Below, one piece after another: positions 1-13,629 of a DNA stretch of 64,000 nucleotides. Under the pieces are notes generated by a model. That model was not told the DNA's origin. It worked only from the letters and a program-made list of their open reading frames with translations, and ran no database searches. A program made the position numbers and the translations under genes. Within the stretch, counting starts at the first letter, position 1. Each line of letters opens with the position of its first letter. Source of the DNA: Octopus sinensis (taxonomy: Eukaryota); contig NC_042998.1 in NCBI RefSeq assembly GCF_006345805.1, positions 196,416,001-196,480,000 on the forward strand, given 5' to 3'.

Positions 1-1743
1 AGTTCAAATTCCGCCGAGGTCGACTTTGCCGTTCATCCTTTCGGAGTCGATAAATTAAGTACCAGTTGCGTACTGGGGTCGATCTAAACGACTGGCCCCA
101 TCCCCCAAAATTTCGGGCTTGTGCCTAAAGCAGAAAAGAATATGCGCCGCTGAATTTGTGATGCGTCCCATATGCCGAGCGTCACACGACTGGAAACAAT
201 ACGTTTCTTGTCTGTTCTATGGTAACTAAATGTTTTACTCTGTATTCCTCACACGGGCAAGCCAACATTGCTAGACATGACGAAGGGGTACATCAGCACT
301 ATGTGGACATTATGAAGGAGTGTGCAAGAAGAAAACGCTTAAGAACTTGTTATAGATGGTTATCGGAGGCTTGTGGTTATTGCTAGTTAAAAGCTATTTA
401 TATGTGAGGACACAGCTATGCGGGTTTTGTTTAGATTAATGATATTATGCAATGCTTTAAGTTTGGAAACACATGCAGCTCAGAAGACGTCACCCTTTCT
501 GAGGGTCTTTATACAAGTGAAATAAATTTCCTGAAACGTTCACTTCGGTATTTTCACTTCTTCCACACAGTGAAGAGGGTAATGATGTTAATCATGACGA
601 CGGTGATGGTGGTGATGGAGCTGTTGTTGTTAAGCAAGAAGACGGATAAGGATGATTAGGTGATGATCTAGGGCTTAGGGGCGGGAGACCCCAAACCTTG
701 GGGAAAAAAAAAAAAACTTTGGTCGTCTTGTTGTAGTCGAGGGCTCTTCGTTGACACCCGACACCACTGGTAGGTGGCCCTCGAAGTCGCTGGAAATGGA
801 GATCTCCAGGTTCAAATTCTTGGACGGTTGGTGGTGGTGGTGGATCAATAATGAGTACACTAGCAAAGAAGGTATTTCAAAAGTGACTACCACATCTTAA
901 TTTATTGAGACGAAATGTCTGAAAATACATTCTTCAGAATGCCATTTAAAAAAGAATTTATTTCTCTTGATGGTAGAACGTAAGTGATCTGAGGGATTTT
1001 TAACTATGATATTTGATAGGTTGAATGAATATACAAGGACAAACTTACAGCCTCAACTACAGAGTGTGGCAGAAAAAGGGGAAAAAAAAAAAAAACAGAA
1101 CATGCTTTTTACTCGACCAGTATTTATTTCTTTACTACCCACAAAAGGCTAAACGCAGAGAGGACAAACAAGGACAAACGGATTAAGTCGATTACATCGA
1201 TCCCAGTGCGTAACTGGTACTTATTTAATCGACCCCGAAAGGATGAAAAGCAAAGTCGACCTCGGCGGAATTTGAACTCACAACGTAACGGCAGACGAAA
1301 TACCACTACGCATTTCGCCCGGCGTGCTAACCTTTCTGCCAGCTCGCCGCCTATACGCAACCAGTATTGTTGAGCTAGGCAAGTTAGGCGGCAATCAGTG
1401 TCTTCTTCACCGAGATAAGGTCTTCACTCTGAAATAGGGGCTTTGTCTATTTATTCTTTGTTACAAACTACATTCCTTACAGCCCTTTCCTCTCATGTCT
1501 CCTTCTTCTCTTCCAATCAAACGAGTGACCTTCACCCGTTCAATGTAAATACTATCAACATGGTACTCACCCAGTAACCCTTATCTCTAAATCCACACGG
1601 AGGGGAAGGGGACCTGCTAACACACTAACGCTATTTTTCCCTGACAACTGAATAAAATATTATTGACTTCCCATCTAAGATGATAGCTAACCAGCTTATC
1701 TAGCTAGTTATCCATATTTATCTATGCATCTATCTTTCTGTCT

Positions 1744-1775
1744 ATGTCAATCTATCTAAATATGTTATCTATCTG

Positions 1776-1844
<69 letters not shown>

Positions 1845-1967
1845 CTATCTATCTCTTTCTGTCTATCTGTCTGTCTATCTCTCTCACCATCTATCAACCT
1901 ACCTACCTACCTACCTACCTATCTATCTATCTATCTACTATCTATCTATCTATCTGTCTATCCATGT

Positions 1968-2005
<38 letters not shown>

Positions 2006-2012
2006 CTCTTTC

Positions 2013-2058
<46 letters not shown>

Positions 2059-2114
2059 CATGTTTATCTATCTATCTATCTATCTATCTATCTCTCTTTC
2101 TCTATCTATCTATC

Positions 2115-2162
<48 letters not shown>

Positions 2163-2164
2163 CA

Positions 2165-2197
<33 letters not shown>

Positions 2198-2198
2198 G

Positions 2199-2241
<43 letters not shown>

Positions 2242-2245
2242 CTAT
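1744..2245. repeat. (CTAT)n microsatellite
   Basis: Direct reading. Confidence 0.97.
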
Positions 2246-2699
2246 TTTGCAATATCTGTAACTAATTTCCATCGTCTGATTCAACAATTTCATATCTCTG
2301 CAGTTGCCTCCCTTGGACCACTGATGTCCACTTCACTTTCGTTTCTTCTTTTTCTTTTTTTCCTCCCTATTACTTGCCATTACCATCTCCACACTGTCAT
2401 TATTCATTCTATACTTGTTCTTTTCTCTCCCATAAGTTCTGGGTCTGTCATCTCCCAAAATCTTGTGGCACGTTGTCTTTTACCATTGCCCAATCTTTCT
2501 TCACTACATTGCTTTATATTTGATTGCCTATCAAAGACATTTTTCTTCTTAAAAAAATAAAAGAACTATTTCACCAAAATACCACCCCCGGGTTCTGTAA
2601 GCGAAATAGGGTTTACATTACACGCTTTAACCGTTTAACTGCGAAATAAAATTTCATTGTTGTTCTCGTAATGATGTCGAACATCTATCAAAAACTAGA

Positions 2700-3150
2700 A
2701 TCGATATTTTCTTCGAGTCACGTTGCCTCAAATACTTCGACATCATTTGCACAATGTGGAGTATATACCACCAGCATTGCTCAGACGACCTTAATATTAG
2801 ATCCAGAATTCATCCAAAGCTGGGCCCACGTGCCATGCGCATCGTACACAAGTCGGGATCACAACGCATAAATTCACTGCAACACAATTTCTTTTCCTCA
2901 ATAGACCCTACTCTATTTAATATTATCCCAAAACAAATCAACGTAAAGGATCCTATCGCCTGCAAACCAACAAACAAAACTTCTGCAAGGGATACCAGAT
3001 AAGCCACCTATATACCTGGATACATCTCAGTCAACAACAATTCCCTACTTGAATGGGCCGTGATGCCACAAAATTTGTCTTCAAAATGACTTAACAGATC
3101 CGATCAGGTGGTGCTATTAAGTCAGGCATGGCCTGGGCCAAGTTTGGCCG
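2700..3150 (+). mobile_element. Degenerate CR1/L2-group LINE 3' end
   Basis: Frameshifted ORF2 C-terminus (WSIYHQHC...NFFSSIDPTLFNIIPK...PDKPP.PGYISVNNNSLLEWA). Its 3' UTR motif CAGGTGGTGCTATTAAGT recurs near 11280. Confidence 0.65.
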
Positions 3151-3219
3151 AAACATATCTTAAGTTTCGTTTTTGGATTCGGTTTGCAAGGTTCTTTATA
3201 TGAGTTTGTGTGTTGAAGC

Positions 3220-3421
3220 ATATTCTGTTGTGTCTGGGGAGAGTCATTTTCTTTTTGTGCCTTTTAATTTAACATTCTCACCGGTAAAATTTCCACTTTT
3301 TTCTTATTTTCATTGTCCTAAAATTTTCGTTGCGTCTTGCAACCTTTTCGATTTTACCAGTGAGTGTGTTACATTATAAGGCACAAAAAGAAAATGACTC
3401 TCCCCAGACACAACAGAATAT
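3220..3421. repeat. Inverted repeat, 44-bp arms
   Basis: 3220-3263 pairs with 3378-3421; the same arm sequence is inverted again at 12323-12440. Confidence 0.9.
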
Positions 3422-3856
3422 CTTAAGTTATTCAAGTTATATTGGAAAGTTTCAAACGTGACATTCTTTAACAAAGGATAGACTGGTATATAAAACTATT
3501 TTCCGCAGTTTAGGATAATGAAATTTTGAGTGGATGCATCCGATTTCTGGAGCAACAGGATTAAGGCATTACAAAGATTTTCGCTTAATATGCGCTGCTG
3601 AAATCGGGATGCATTTAATATGCCTTTGCGTCTTTTATGCCTTCGAATACTTCACCTCAGAATACTGTGTACCGCTATCATTCATGTCTCTATCATAGAC
3701 ATCTCATTCTGCAAAGTGGCTGGCAAGTAAGCAGACATGTGCAATAGTGAAGATATGTGTGGGGGAATGACGGGAAAAAGCCATAGCTGAGAGAGAGTGA
3801 ATCTCCCCCATTGAAGCAGCCAGTACGTCGCCCAGGGTAGGACAAACTGAAGAGTC

Positions 3857-4551
3857 GATCATGCAAAGCCTTAAATTGTGTAGGTCTTTACCTCAATGAG
3901 TCCAAGACTGAATATGTAAACAAGCGCCTGTCCAACAGTGATTTCATCATCCATACTCTCAACAATACGCCCTTAAATATGGTTTCTGATTACAAATATC
4001 TTGGGTCATACATATCATCATCTGGAAAAGATTTTCTAACTAGAAAGGGTATGGCCTGGTCAGCATGTAATGACATGCATAAGATCTGCTCATCAAATCT
4101 AAGTAGAGACTTCAAACTTGAAATCTTCAAAGCCACAATCGAACCAATTCTACTATATGGCTCAGAAACCTGGACGTTAACAAAGAAGCTTGAGAGGCGG
4201 TTGGATGGAACTTACACTCGCCTCCTTATAAGAGCTCAAAATCTCTCGTGGAAGCGCCATCCAACCAAAGTACAAATATATGGGAAACTACCACCTGTAT
4301 CATCTGTTGTGAAAGGTAGAAGAGTCCAGTTTGCTGGACATTGTTGTAGAGCTGAAAACGAGGCAATTTCTACTCTTCTCCTCTGGAAGCCATCTGCTCG
4401 CGATACCAGAGGGCGCACACTCTCCTACCCTGATGTAATCTCCAGGGATACAGGCATCCAGCAACCGGACCTCCGTAATGCTATGATGGAACGTGAAGTC
4501 TGGCGTAGCATGGTAAATTCCATTGTCTCGACCACAGTCGAACAATGATGA
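3857..4551 (+). mobile_element. 5'-truncated RTE/RTEX-like LINE with target-site duplication
   Basis: Open frame ...VGLYLNESKTEY...YKYLGSYI...EPILLYGSETW...RRVQFAGHC, ending in a TGATGATGA tail. TGAAGAGTC is duplicated at 3848-3856 and 4552-4560. Confidence 0.85.
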
Positions 4552-6762
4552 TGAAGAGTCACATTCCAGTACGAATGGAGATAACCAAGTGTGACGCCGC
4601 AGTAGTCAGGCGTGGAAAGGTCTACATCAGTTCAGATCGGAGACAGACTAGGTGTGGGTGAACCCCACCTAATGCATGGTGCACGAAGCAGTTTACACTT
4701 GGAATAACAAATCAGTTGACGGAATGCCGCGACACATCTTGGACGATCCGAGGGTGATTAGCTTCTCTGATAATGAAGGAAAGAAAGACGTTATTCGAAA
4801 GCTCATCTTCTTAACGTAACGTCACTTCCTCTCACTTTTCGCCCCGTCGTCCCTCTTGCCCCTTTGCTTCTGGTTCTGACGTCTCCCTTCATTCATCCAA
4901 AATATGCTAAAGACTTTATCATTCTAGCATTGGTATCACAAAAATAAAAATGCGCCTAGAACATTCTGTAATGTGTGCAGTTGTGAGGAGAATTGTTAGG
5001 TTTTGCAGGGGACAGACTGCCTCTCTAGTGCTGGTGCCACGAAAAACAAGCATCTAATACACAGGTAAGAAGTTTGTGTGGGAAGAAGTTTTCTCCCCAA
5101 CCATGCGGTTCCGGGTTTAGTCCAACTGCGTGGCACCTTGGGCAATTGTCTTCTACTATAGCCTCACTATAGGCTCACGAAAACCTTGTGAGTGGATTTG
5201 GTAGACGGCGACTGAAAGAAGCCCGTCGTGTGTGTGCGTGTTTGTCCTCCCCAAACATCGCTTGACAACCGATGCTGATGTGTTTAGCGGTTCGGCAAAA
5301 GATACCGATAGAATAAGTTCTAGGCTTACAAAGAATAAGTCCTAGCGTCGATTTGCTCGACTAAAAATGATGCTCCATCATGGCCACAGTCAAATGACTG
5401 AAGCAAATAAAAGAATATATATATATGTGTGTGTACCGATTAGTTCTTCGTTGCAGTCGAGGGTCACCAATTGTAACGGTTGTTGTTGAGGCGTTGCTTG
5501 CCAATATGCAAGATGGATGAACCGCAATCGAAGTTGTAAAGAAATATTTATTTATCGTTACTTTGTATATATTCAAAACCACGACGGGTTGGTAAGTATA
5601 ATTAGTAAATGGAAAAGCATGCGAGGTAAAAGGGGTTAATTTCGGCCGGGGTGTGTACACGATCTCATAGTAGTTTATAGAGAGAGATATGGTAATGTTA
5701 CAGAGTTAGTAAAAGTGAGAATGGTGGGACGAAACAACTTCTTCGTTGGTGAGTTACCATAGTTGTCCCTTTGTGCCTTTTCCTTTAGTGACGGCGTTTT
5801 GTTCAGCCGGTCAGCCAGACTCGGTTCTCACTAACTGACTTTGGCTTACGGAGATCTTGTTTTTATAACTATCCAAAACCAGCCAGAAGGATAGACATAT
5901 TGTTGAGAGCAATAGATTTCGTTGGCGGTCTGTTATCTCTATTCTAGCTTTTGGTGGCCTAGAAGAGGTTAGAAGGGTCAAGTGGCAAAGGCATTATTCT
6001 GCTTAGCGAAGGCATCTGGTAAATGTAACTGCTGTCACTCACAGAAAAACTATTGTTTTACCGTGAGAAAGGTGCTGTTGAACTGTTAATTGAAATTTGG
6101 CTATCGCGGATTGAATCCACACCAAAGCTGCATGAAGCTACTACATCATTCCCCCTCCAGAGAGGTTCCGAGAAAAGGAAACGAACGATCAACGAAGAGA
6201 AAGAAATGCATGATAGAAGAAAAATTTTGCATATGAGGAGAGAGGATCATTGAAGTGTATACAGGACAGATATTTATTCAAGTGAGTCTGAATAGCAGTG
6301 TCGTCGCTTTGTGTGCCAAAATGTGTGCAGTCAGTGACTGGGGGGGCAGTACGGCAAATGAGCTGGTGCATGCGTACGCGTGAGGGCGTATACACGAGTG
6401 CAGGTGCGCGTATCAAAATTCACTGTAAAATGAGCTAAGGTGATCGAACGAGTGTATTCTAAATCCATGATATCGAAGATCTTCCTGCAGGATTGCAGTG
6501 TATGAAATGCTTTGGAGGTTTTTCAGAAGTGAAATGTGTCTGGCGTTTTAAATTGATGTAATGAAATGATTGCATTGTTCAATTAAATGGAGTCGCATGA
6601 AACGATCGTACTGCATTACCTCTGTATATTCTTGTTGCGTATTTTGATTTAAATCACCTTATTTTGAAAATGTATGGATAATACCGTACTAAATTCTGGT
6701 GCCTCAACTTAAGTACCATATTCATCTGAATCTAAATTTTTACTGAACTCATGTACCATACC

Positions 6763-6920
<158 letters not shown>

Positions 6921-7179
6921 ATTTTCGTCTGTCGTTACGTTCTGAGTTCAAATTCCGCCGAGGTCGACTTTGCCTTTCATCTTTTCGGGGTCGATAAATA
7001 AAGTACCAGTTTCGCACTGGGGTCGATGTAATCGACTTAATCCCTTTGTCTGTCCTTGTTTGTCCCCTCTATGTTTAGCCCCTTGTGGGCAATAAAGAAA
7101 TATATATATTATTATTATTATTATTATTGCCTTGTGTTGATTTATTTTTAGCCCTTGTGGCCAATAAAAGAATTTATTG

Positions 7180-7307
7180 ATCTTTTCGGTTTGAACGGCA
7201 GTTTGTAACATAATTTCTAGGTAACTAAAAAATGTTAAACTTCGTATACTAGTAGAATGTGTTTATAAAACATCATTTTCTCTTGGTTCGTTCAAACCGA
7301 AAAGATC
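7180..7307. mobile_element. Short MITE-like element
   Basis: Terminal inverted repeat GATCTTTTCGGTTTGAACG / CGTTCAAACCGAAAAGATC; the same end recurs near 11145. Confidence 0.6.
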
Positions 7308-7321
7308 CGAATTTATTATTA

Positions 7322-7721
7322 TCTTTATATATAAAAGTGAAGTTGTGTGTCTGTCTCCTACGATTTAGATTCCTAACTACTCCCACATTTTGCGGTGCAG
7401 TTTAACCAAAACCGGGTATCTTATAGTCGTGATTCATATCGAGCCCTTCTGGGTATTAGCGCGCGTCTACAATGAGTCTACGATAAAAAAAAAAATTTAC
7501 CATAATTTTTTTTCCATTTTAATGCATTTTTTTCGCTATTATATAAGGGAAGTAACTCTCTAAAAATGTCTACGATGAGTCAACGATTTAAAAAAAAATT
7601 TACCATCATTTTTTACCATTTTTAATGCATTTTTTTTGCTATTTTTTGGCTATAACTCTCTAAAAATGCTTATATAGTTATTTCCCTTACAAACCCGAGC
7701 AACGCCGGGCGATACTGCTAG
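7322..7721 (+). mobile_element. Non-autonomous Helitron
   Basis: 5' TC, 3' hairpin CCCGAGCAACGCCGGG followed by CTAG, inserted between A and T; second copy at 52915-53312. Confidence 0.8.
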
Positions 7722-7953
7722 TTATTAATATTATTACTATGCAGCAGTTAGAGTGACTCAAAGCCTAAGAGTTTCGTGCGTTTACATTTATCGAACTTGT
7801 GAGTGGTAATACACGAAACTCTCGGCCGTTGAATCACTCTTTAACTTGCGCCGATTGACAATGCGTTCGTGTGTGAGGAAAAAGCATTGATCGCAGAATG
7901 AAAGACAACACAGGAAGGAGAAGAGGAATTATTTCTCAGAAAAATAAATGCAT

Positions 7954-8117
7954 AGGCGCAGGAGTGGCTGTATGGTAAGTAGCTTGCTAAGCAACCACAT
8001 GGTTCTGGGTTCAGTCCCACTGCGTGGCATCTTGGGCAAGTGTCTTCTGCTATAGCCCCGAGCCGACCAATGCCTTGTGAGTGGATTTGGTAGACGGAAA
8101 CTGAAAGAAGCCTGTCG

Positions 8118-8168
<51 letters not shown>

Positions 8169-8375
8169 TTGTTCCCCTAGCATTGCTTGACAACCGATGC
8201 TGGTGTGTTTACGTCCCCGTCACTTAGCGGTTCGGCAAAAGAGAAACCGATAGAATAAGTACTGGGCTTACAAAGAATAAGTCCCGGGGTCGATTTGCTC
8301 GACTAAAAAAGGCGGTGCTCTAGCATGGCCGCAGTCAAATGACTGAAACTAGTAAAAGAGTAAAAGAGAGTAAAA
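7954..8375 (+). mobile_element. SINE family A (tRNA head, CORE-like block, internal (TA)(TG) tract, GAGTAAAA tail); representative copy
   Basis: Further copies at ~5064-5412, 13704-14085, 22864-23270, 36806-37265 (+) and 30680-31082, 31440-31780, 44372-44757, 53930-54170 (-). The CORE assignment is from resemblance only (CCTTGGGCAAGTG). Confidence 0.85.
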
Positions 8376-8699
8376 GAGAGAGCATAAGAAAAAAAGAGGG
8401 AGAGAGAGATTGAGAGGGAGAGAGAGAGAATGGATTTTACTGAATTTCTCAATAAAATGAAATCAGATGAGAAATGGTGACAATAACAAACAACCTGTTA
8501 AATGTAGGGGTTAAAAAGCAAATAAATAGGAATAAATGTTGCGAAAATTGCAGCTGATTTCCTTCCCTAATGTGGTTAAGAAACAAGTTTAATTAAAATA
8601 GGTCAGTTACTCAATATTGTGTCAGTCACCCATTGAAACTATTTTAAGCGTTGGATGAGAGCGCGGGAACATTTGAATGAGGACGCGCGCACTAATCGT

Positions 8700-9690
8700 C
8701 CTCTCCTTCTCTCTTTATTCCTTTCTTTCTCTATTCCCCTCTGCGTCATTCTATCTTGCTCTCTCTCTCTTCCTTTACCCACTCACTTTATCCATCCCTC
8801 TCTAGTTCTCTCTCTATGCCTCCCTCTCCATCTCACTATTTTTCTTTCTCTCTCTGTATCTCAGTCTCCCTCTCCCTCATTTTTCTTTCTCTCTCTGTAC
8901 CTCCGTCTCCCTCTCACTATTTTTCTTTCTCTCTCTCTGTATCTCAGTCTCCCTCTCACTATTTTTCATTCTTTCTCTGTACCTCCATCTCCCTCTCACT
9001 ATTTTTCTTTCTCTCTCTGTATCTCAGTCTCCCTCTCCCTCGTTTTTCTTTCTCTCTCTGTACCTCCGTCTCCCTCTCACTATTTTTCTTTCTCTCTCTC
9101 TGTACCTCCGTCTCCCTCATTTTTCTTTCTCTCTCTGTACCTCCGTCTCCCTCTCACAATTTTTCTTTCTCTCTCTGTATCTCAGTCTCCCTCTCACAAT
9201 TTTTCTTTCTCTCTCTGTATCTCAGTCTCCCTCTCACTATTTTTCTTTCTCTCTCATCTCGCTCTCTATCCCTCTCTATCTTTCATTCACTCATTACCCC
9301 CTCCTGCTCTTAGTATCTTTCTCTCTATCTCCGTCTCTATTTCTCTCTTTCTACCCTTCTCTTTCCCTCCCTCTCTCTACTCCTCTTTTCACTTTTTATT
9401 CCTTTTTTCTCTTCCCCTCTTTTTGTCTCTTTCTCTTTCTCTCTCTCTCTCTTTTTCTCTCTCTCTGTATCTCAGTCTCCCTCTCCCTCATTTTTCTTTC
9501 TCTCTCTCTGTACCTCCGTCTCCCTCTCACTATTTTTCATTCTTTCTCTGTACCTCCATCTCCCTCTCACTATTTTTCTTTCTCTCTCTCTCTCTTTTTC
9601 TCTCTCTCTTTTTCTCTCCCCCCCTCTCTCATACACATACACCACATTCACACATACACCCACATACACACGCACACACACACATAACGT
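8700..9690. repeat. Pyrimidine-rich minisatellite (~33-38-bp units) merging into (CA)n
   Basis: Recurrent TCTCTCTGTA(TCTCA/CCTCC)GTCTCCCTCTCACTATTTTTCTT units. Confidence 0.9.
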
Positions 9691-10886
9691 AAATATAACC
9701 GACCTTAACCCACATCCGACCGCCTTCGAGCCAACGATGGAGCGAGCCTCTATGTGGTTACTAGCTTGCTAGAAATAGCAGCTGAATCTCCCTCAAAGCA
9801 TAAACCTACCGTCTTAAAAGGAGATAACATATGAATACTAAAACTTGAAAAAAGTCGGAGTGGTCATGGCTGGAACGCATAGGATTGTGCCTGTTCCATC
9901 AGGGTTGATACAGAGTTAGAACTAGCATTATTGTAATGTAGAATTCTATGCGTGGAAACAAGAAAAATGGGATGGTCACAGCTGGATTAGCCTTGATTTT
10001 GAAGTCTGCACAATCAAGGTCAGCTGAGGGTTAAAACGCGACAGCACACACAGACACACACACACACACACACGCAAACATACGAACACTCACATACGCT
10101 CACACACATACACACACTCACACAAACATAGAACACATACACACACACACCTGCGCATAGACACACACTCTCACGCGCGCGCACATATATACAAAAGCAT
10201 AATCTCATACACATACACACACACTGGCTTTCTCTCTTTTCTCTCTCTTTCTTTTTTCTCTCTTTTTCTCTCCCTCTCTCTTTTCTCTCTCTCTTTTTCT
10301 CTCCCTCTCTCTTTTTCTCTCCTCCCCTCTCTCTCACACACATATTACACACATGCACATACACCACATTCACACATACACACACATACGCACACACTGG
10401 CTTTCTCTTTCTCTCTCTTTCTTACTCTTTCTCTCTCTCTCTTTTTCTCTCCCTCTCTCTTTTTCTCTCCCCCCCCCTCTCTCATACACATACACCACAT
10501 TCACACATACGCAAAGAAAAGCATGCTTTGACTTCCGATTTCAAATTGTTTACAAATCTATAACTTTTTTTCTTTTTGATGATGATGGTGGTGGTGGCGG
10601 TGGTATATTGGTAAGCATGCAATTACTGTATGCGTGTGTGTATGTTTGCCTGCGTGTATGTGTATGTGTGTCTACAAAACACCACACACACATAAAACTA
10701 GCTGATTAAACACGGTTTTAGAATTGCACATTTACTTTTTTTTCTGATTTTTAATAAATTTCCATTTTAGATTTAATTGCTACTTCAAAGTTTTAACTTT
10801 TAAAATTAAAAGTCTTTTATTATCAAATTAAATTATCGACTACGCTAGATTAGAACCGGGCCACAGGAACCCAAACATTAAAATAC

Positions 10887-10958
<72 letters not shown>

Positions 10959-11012
10959 TATATAGATATATACACATATATACATACATATATATATATA
11001 TAATATATATAT

Positions 11013-11090
<78 letters not shown>

Positions 11091-11337
11091 TCAGATGAAT
11101 ATGGTACGTAAGTTGAGGCCCTAGAATTTAATAAGGGGATCTTTGGATCTTTTCGGTTTGAACGGCAGTTTTTAACATAAGGTATTATCCATACAATTTC
11201 AAAGTAAGGTGATTAAAATCAAAATAAGCAACAAGGATATCCAGAGGTAATATATATATATATATTTATACATACATACCAGGTGGTGCTATTAAGTTAG
11301 ACATGGCCTGGGCATAATCACACAACACACACCACAC

Positions 11338-11394
<57 letters not shown>

Positions 11395-11961
11395 TTGTAC
11401 ACGCACACTCATACACGCATGCATATACACACTCACTCGCAGAAACATAGAAAACATACAGACACATCTCGGCGCATAAGCACACACTCTCACACACAAA
11501 CAAAAGCATATTTTCATGTACCTACATACACACACGCACACACTGTCTTTCCTTGTCACTGCCACACACAAACACACACAGTGCAGAGCATTAAACGGCC
11601 ACCCCGAGGGGTATCAAGTTCACACCGTGAAGAGACTGCACCGTTTCTATAGCAGGGCTGCAAGTGCAGCGATTACTAATCGGTGCAAATGAAACATGTG
11701 TTGGTCTTAATAGGCAGAGTATAATTATAGAATTAAAGGTAATGCAAGATATATATATATATATAATATATATATATATATTCGGTACAGAAGTATTTTT
11801 TGACTTCTATCATTAGCGATATAGGTACTCATGTAGTACCCTTGTGTATATATTGTACATATCTAATATTGTATGTATATATTTTATTAATTTGCCTGTA
11901 CGGCTGGTAATTCGCTTACCACTTGTGATGGTATTGTAATAATACCATCCTTATATTTATT

Positions 11962-12008
<47 letters not shown>

Positions 12009-13130
12009 GCATGCATACATACATACATACATACATACATACATACATACATACATACACACACACACAGGCGAAAGATTGCTATATATATATGTGTGTG
12101 TGTGTAAGTCGCGGAAAATGCAGCTATATGGGGTGGAGGTAAAGAATATGCACACCACCCGATTTCGGCGCAACCCTAACCCTGAACACCGACTGTGCAT
12201 ATTCTTTACTTTAGCCGCTTTATGATACAAGATGCGTCTTGTTCAGTTCGGAAAACAGATATATATATTTCGTTTTGGGATTTGGTTTGCAAGATTCTTT
12301 ATGTGAACTCGTGTGTTGAAGCATATTCTGTTGTGTCTGGGGAGAGTCATTCTCTTTTAGTGCCTTATAATTTTACCGGTAAGTGTCTTAAATTATAAGG
12401 CACAAAAAGAAAATGACTCTCCCCAGATACAACAGTATATATACATATATACATATATCACTTAGCGGTTCGGCAAAAGAGACCGATAGAATAAGTACTG
12501 GGCTTACAAAGAATAAGTCCCGGGGTCGATTTGCTCGACTAAAGGTGGTGCTCCAGCATGGCCGCAGTCAAATGACTGAAACAAGTAAAAGGGTAAAAGA
12601 GAGAGAATATATATTAGAGCGAATTCTTTCTAATTTTGGCACAAGGCTAGCAGTGTTGAGCGGAGGAAACAAGTCGATTATTTCGTTTCAGTGCTTCTAC
12701 TTATTTTATCGACCTCGAAAGGATGAAAGGCAAAGTTGAACTGAGCGGAATTTAATTACCTAAAAAGAGTCATAAGAAATGCCATTATGCCTTTTGCTCG
12801 ACACGCCAATGCAATATCATACTCTCTTATTATCCACAGTGGCTGATACAATGATGTAATTTTGTATTTTAATAATAATATTATTCCCGCTCTGTTTACC
12901 AGTATATGAGCGCCTAATTTATCTGACTCATATATATATATATAAATATATAATAATAAATATTAGGGAATAAATCCAAATTTACAGGGAAAAAAATCAG
13001 ATTTAGGATTAAATCGATTTTATAGTAAAATATTATAAAATATTATTCGAGACAAAACCACTATTTTGCAAAACAAACAAGGAAAGACTTAATCAATACA
13101 TAAAATTTTAATAAATAGTCAAAAAAACCG

Positions 13131-13173
13131 CCACTACAATCGTTTCTTGTCTTGATCGACAATCTTCAGGTGG
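13131..13173 (-). ncRNA. Mirror copy of the same hammerhead motif
   Basis: Exact reverse complement of 13200-13242 in the left arm of the palindrome. Confidence 0.75.
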
Positions 13174-13199
13174 ACTTCCGACACTGAATTATTGGAAGT

Positions 13200-13242
13200 C
13201 CACCTGAAGATTGTCGATCAAGACAAGAAACGATTGTAGTGG
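13200..13242 (+). ncRNA. Minimal type-I hammerhead ribozyme motif (Penelope-type)
   Basis: CCAC-CUGAAGA-UUGUC(GAUCAA)GACAA-GAAA-CGAUUGUA/GUGG: intact core, 5-bp stem II, self-complementary stem III (ACGAUUGU, with G.U pairs), GUA cleavage triplet after 13238, 4-bp stem I. Confidence 0.75.
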
Positions 13243-13629
13243 CGGTTTTTTTGACTATTTATTAAAATTTTATGTATTGATTAAGTCTTTCCTTGTTTGT
13301 TTTGCAAAATAGTGGTTTTGTCTCTAATAATATTTTATATATAAATATATATATATATAATATGCGTATACTTAACTGGCGTAATCTTCATTTTGGGCTA
13401 CTTTCCAACTTAACCCTCTATTTTTCGAAAATTCTATGCTACTCATTATGAAAATGATACACAAACCCCGTGTCTGAATATATATATATATATATACACA
13501 CACACATACATACACATGTTTTCTGAAATAAACGTACACTTCATGGCTCCAAGGAAGCTTATAGGATGTTGTTGCACCTGCATTCACCTCTGAGTCTTAC
13601 TGCATCTTATAGTAGCAACAGGTGTAAGC

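Larger units (their letters stand above)
13049..13324. repeat. Perfect inverted repeat: 131-bp arms, 14-nt loop
   Basis: 13049-13179 is the exact reverse complement of 13194-13324 by visual comparison. Confidence 0.92.

Noticed and set aside
3841-4580. Hammerhead candidate reconstructed across the LINE insertion site (CTGAAGA GTCAC...GTAC GAAT)
   Set aside because: Needs two corrections and has no stem I or III partner.
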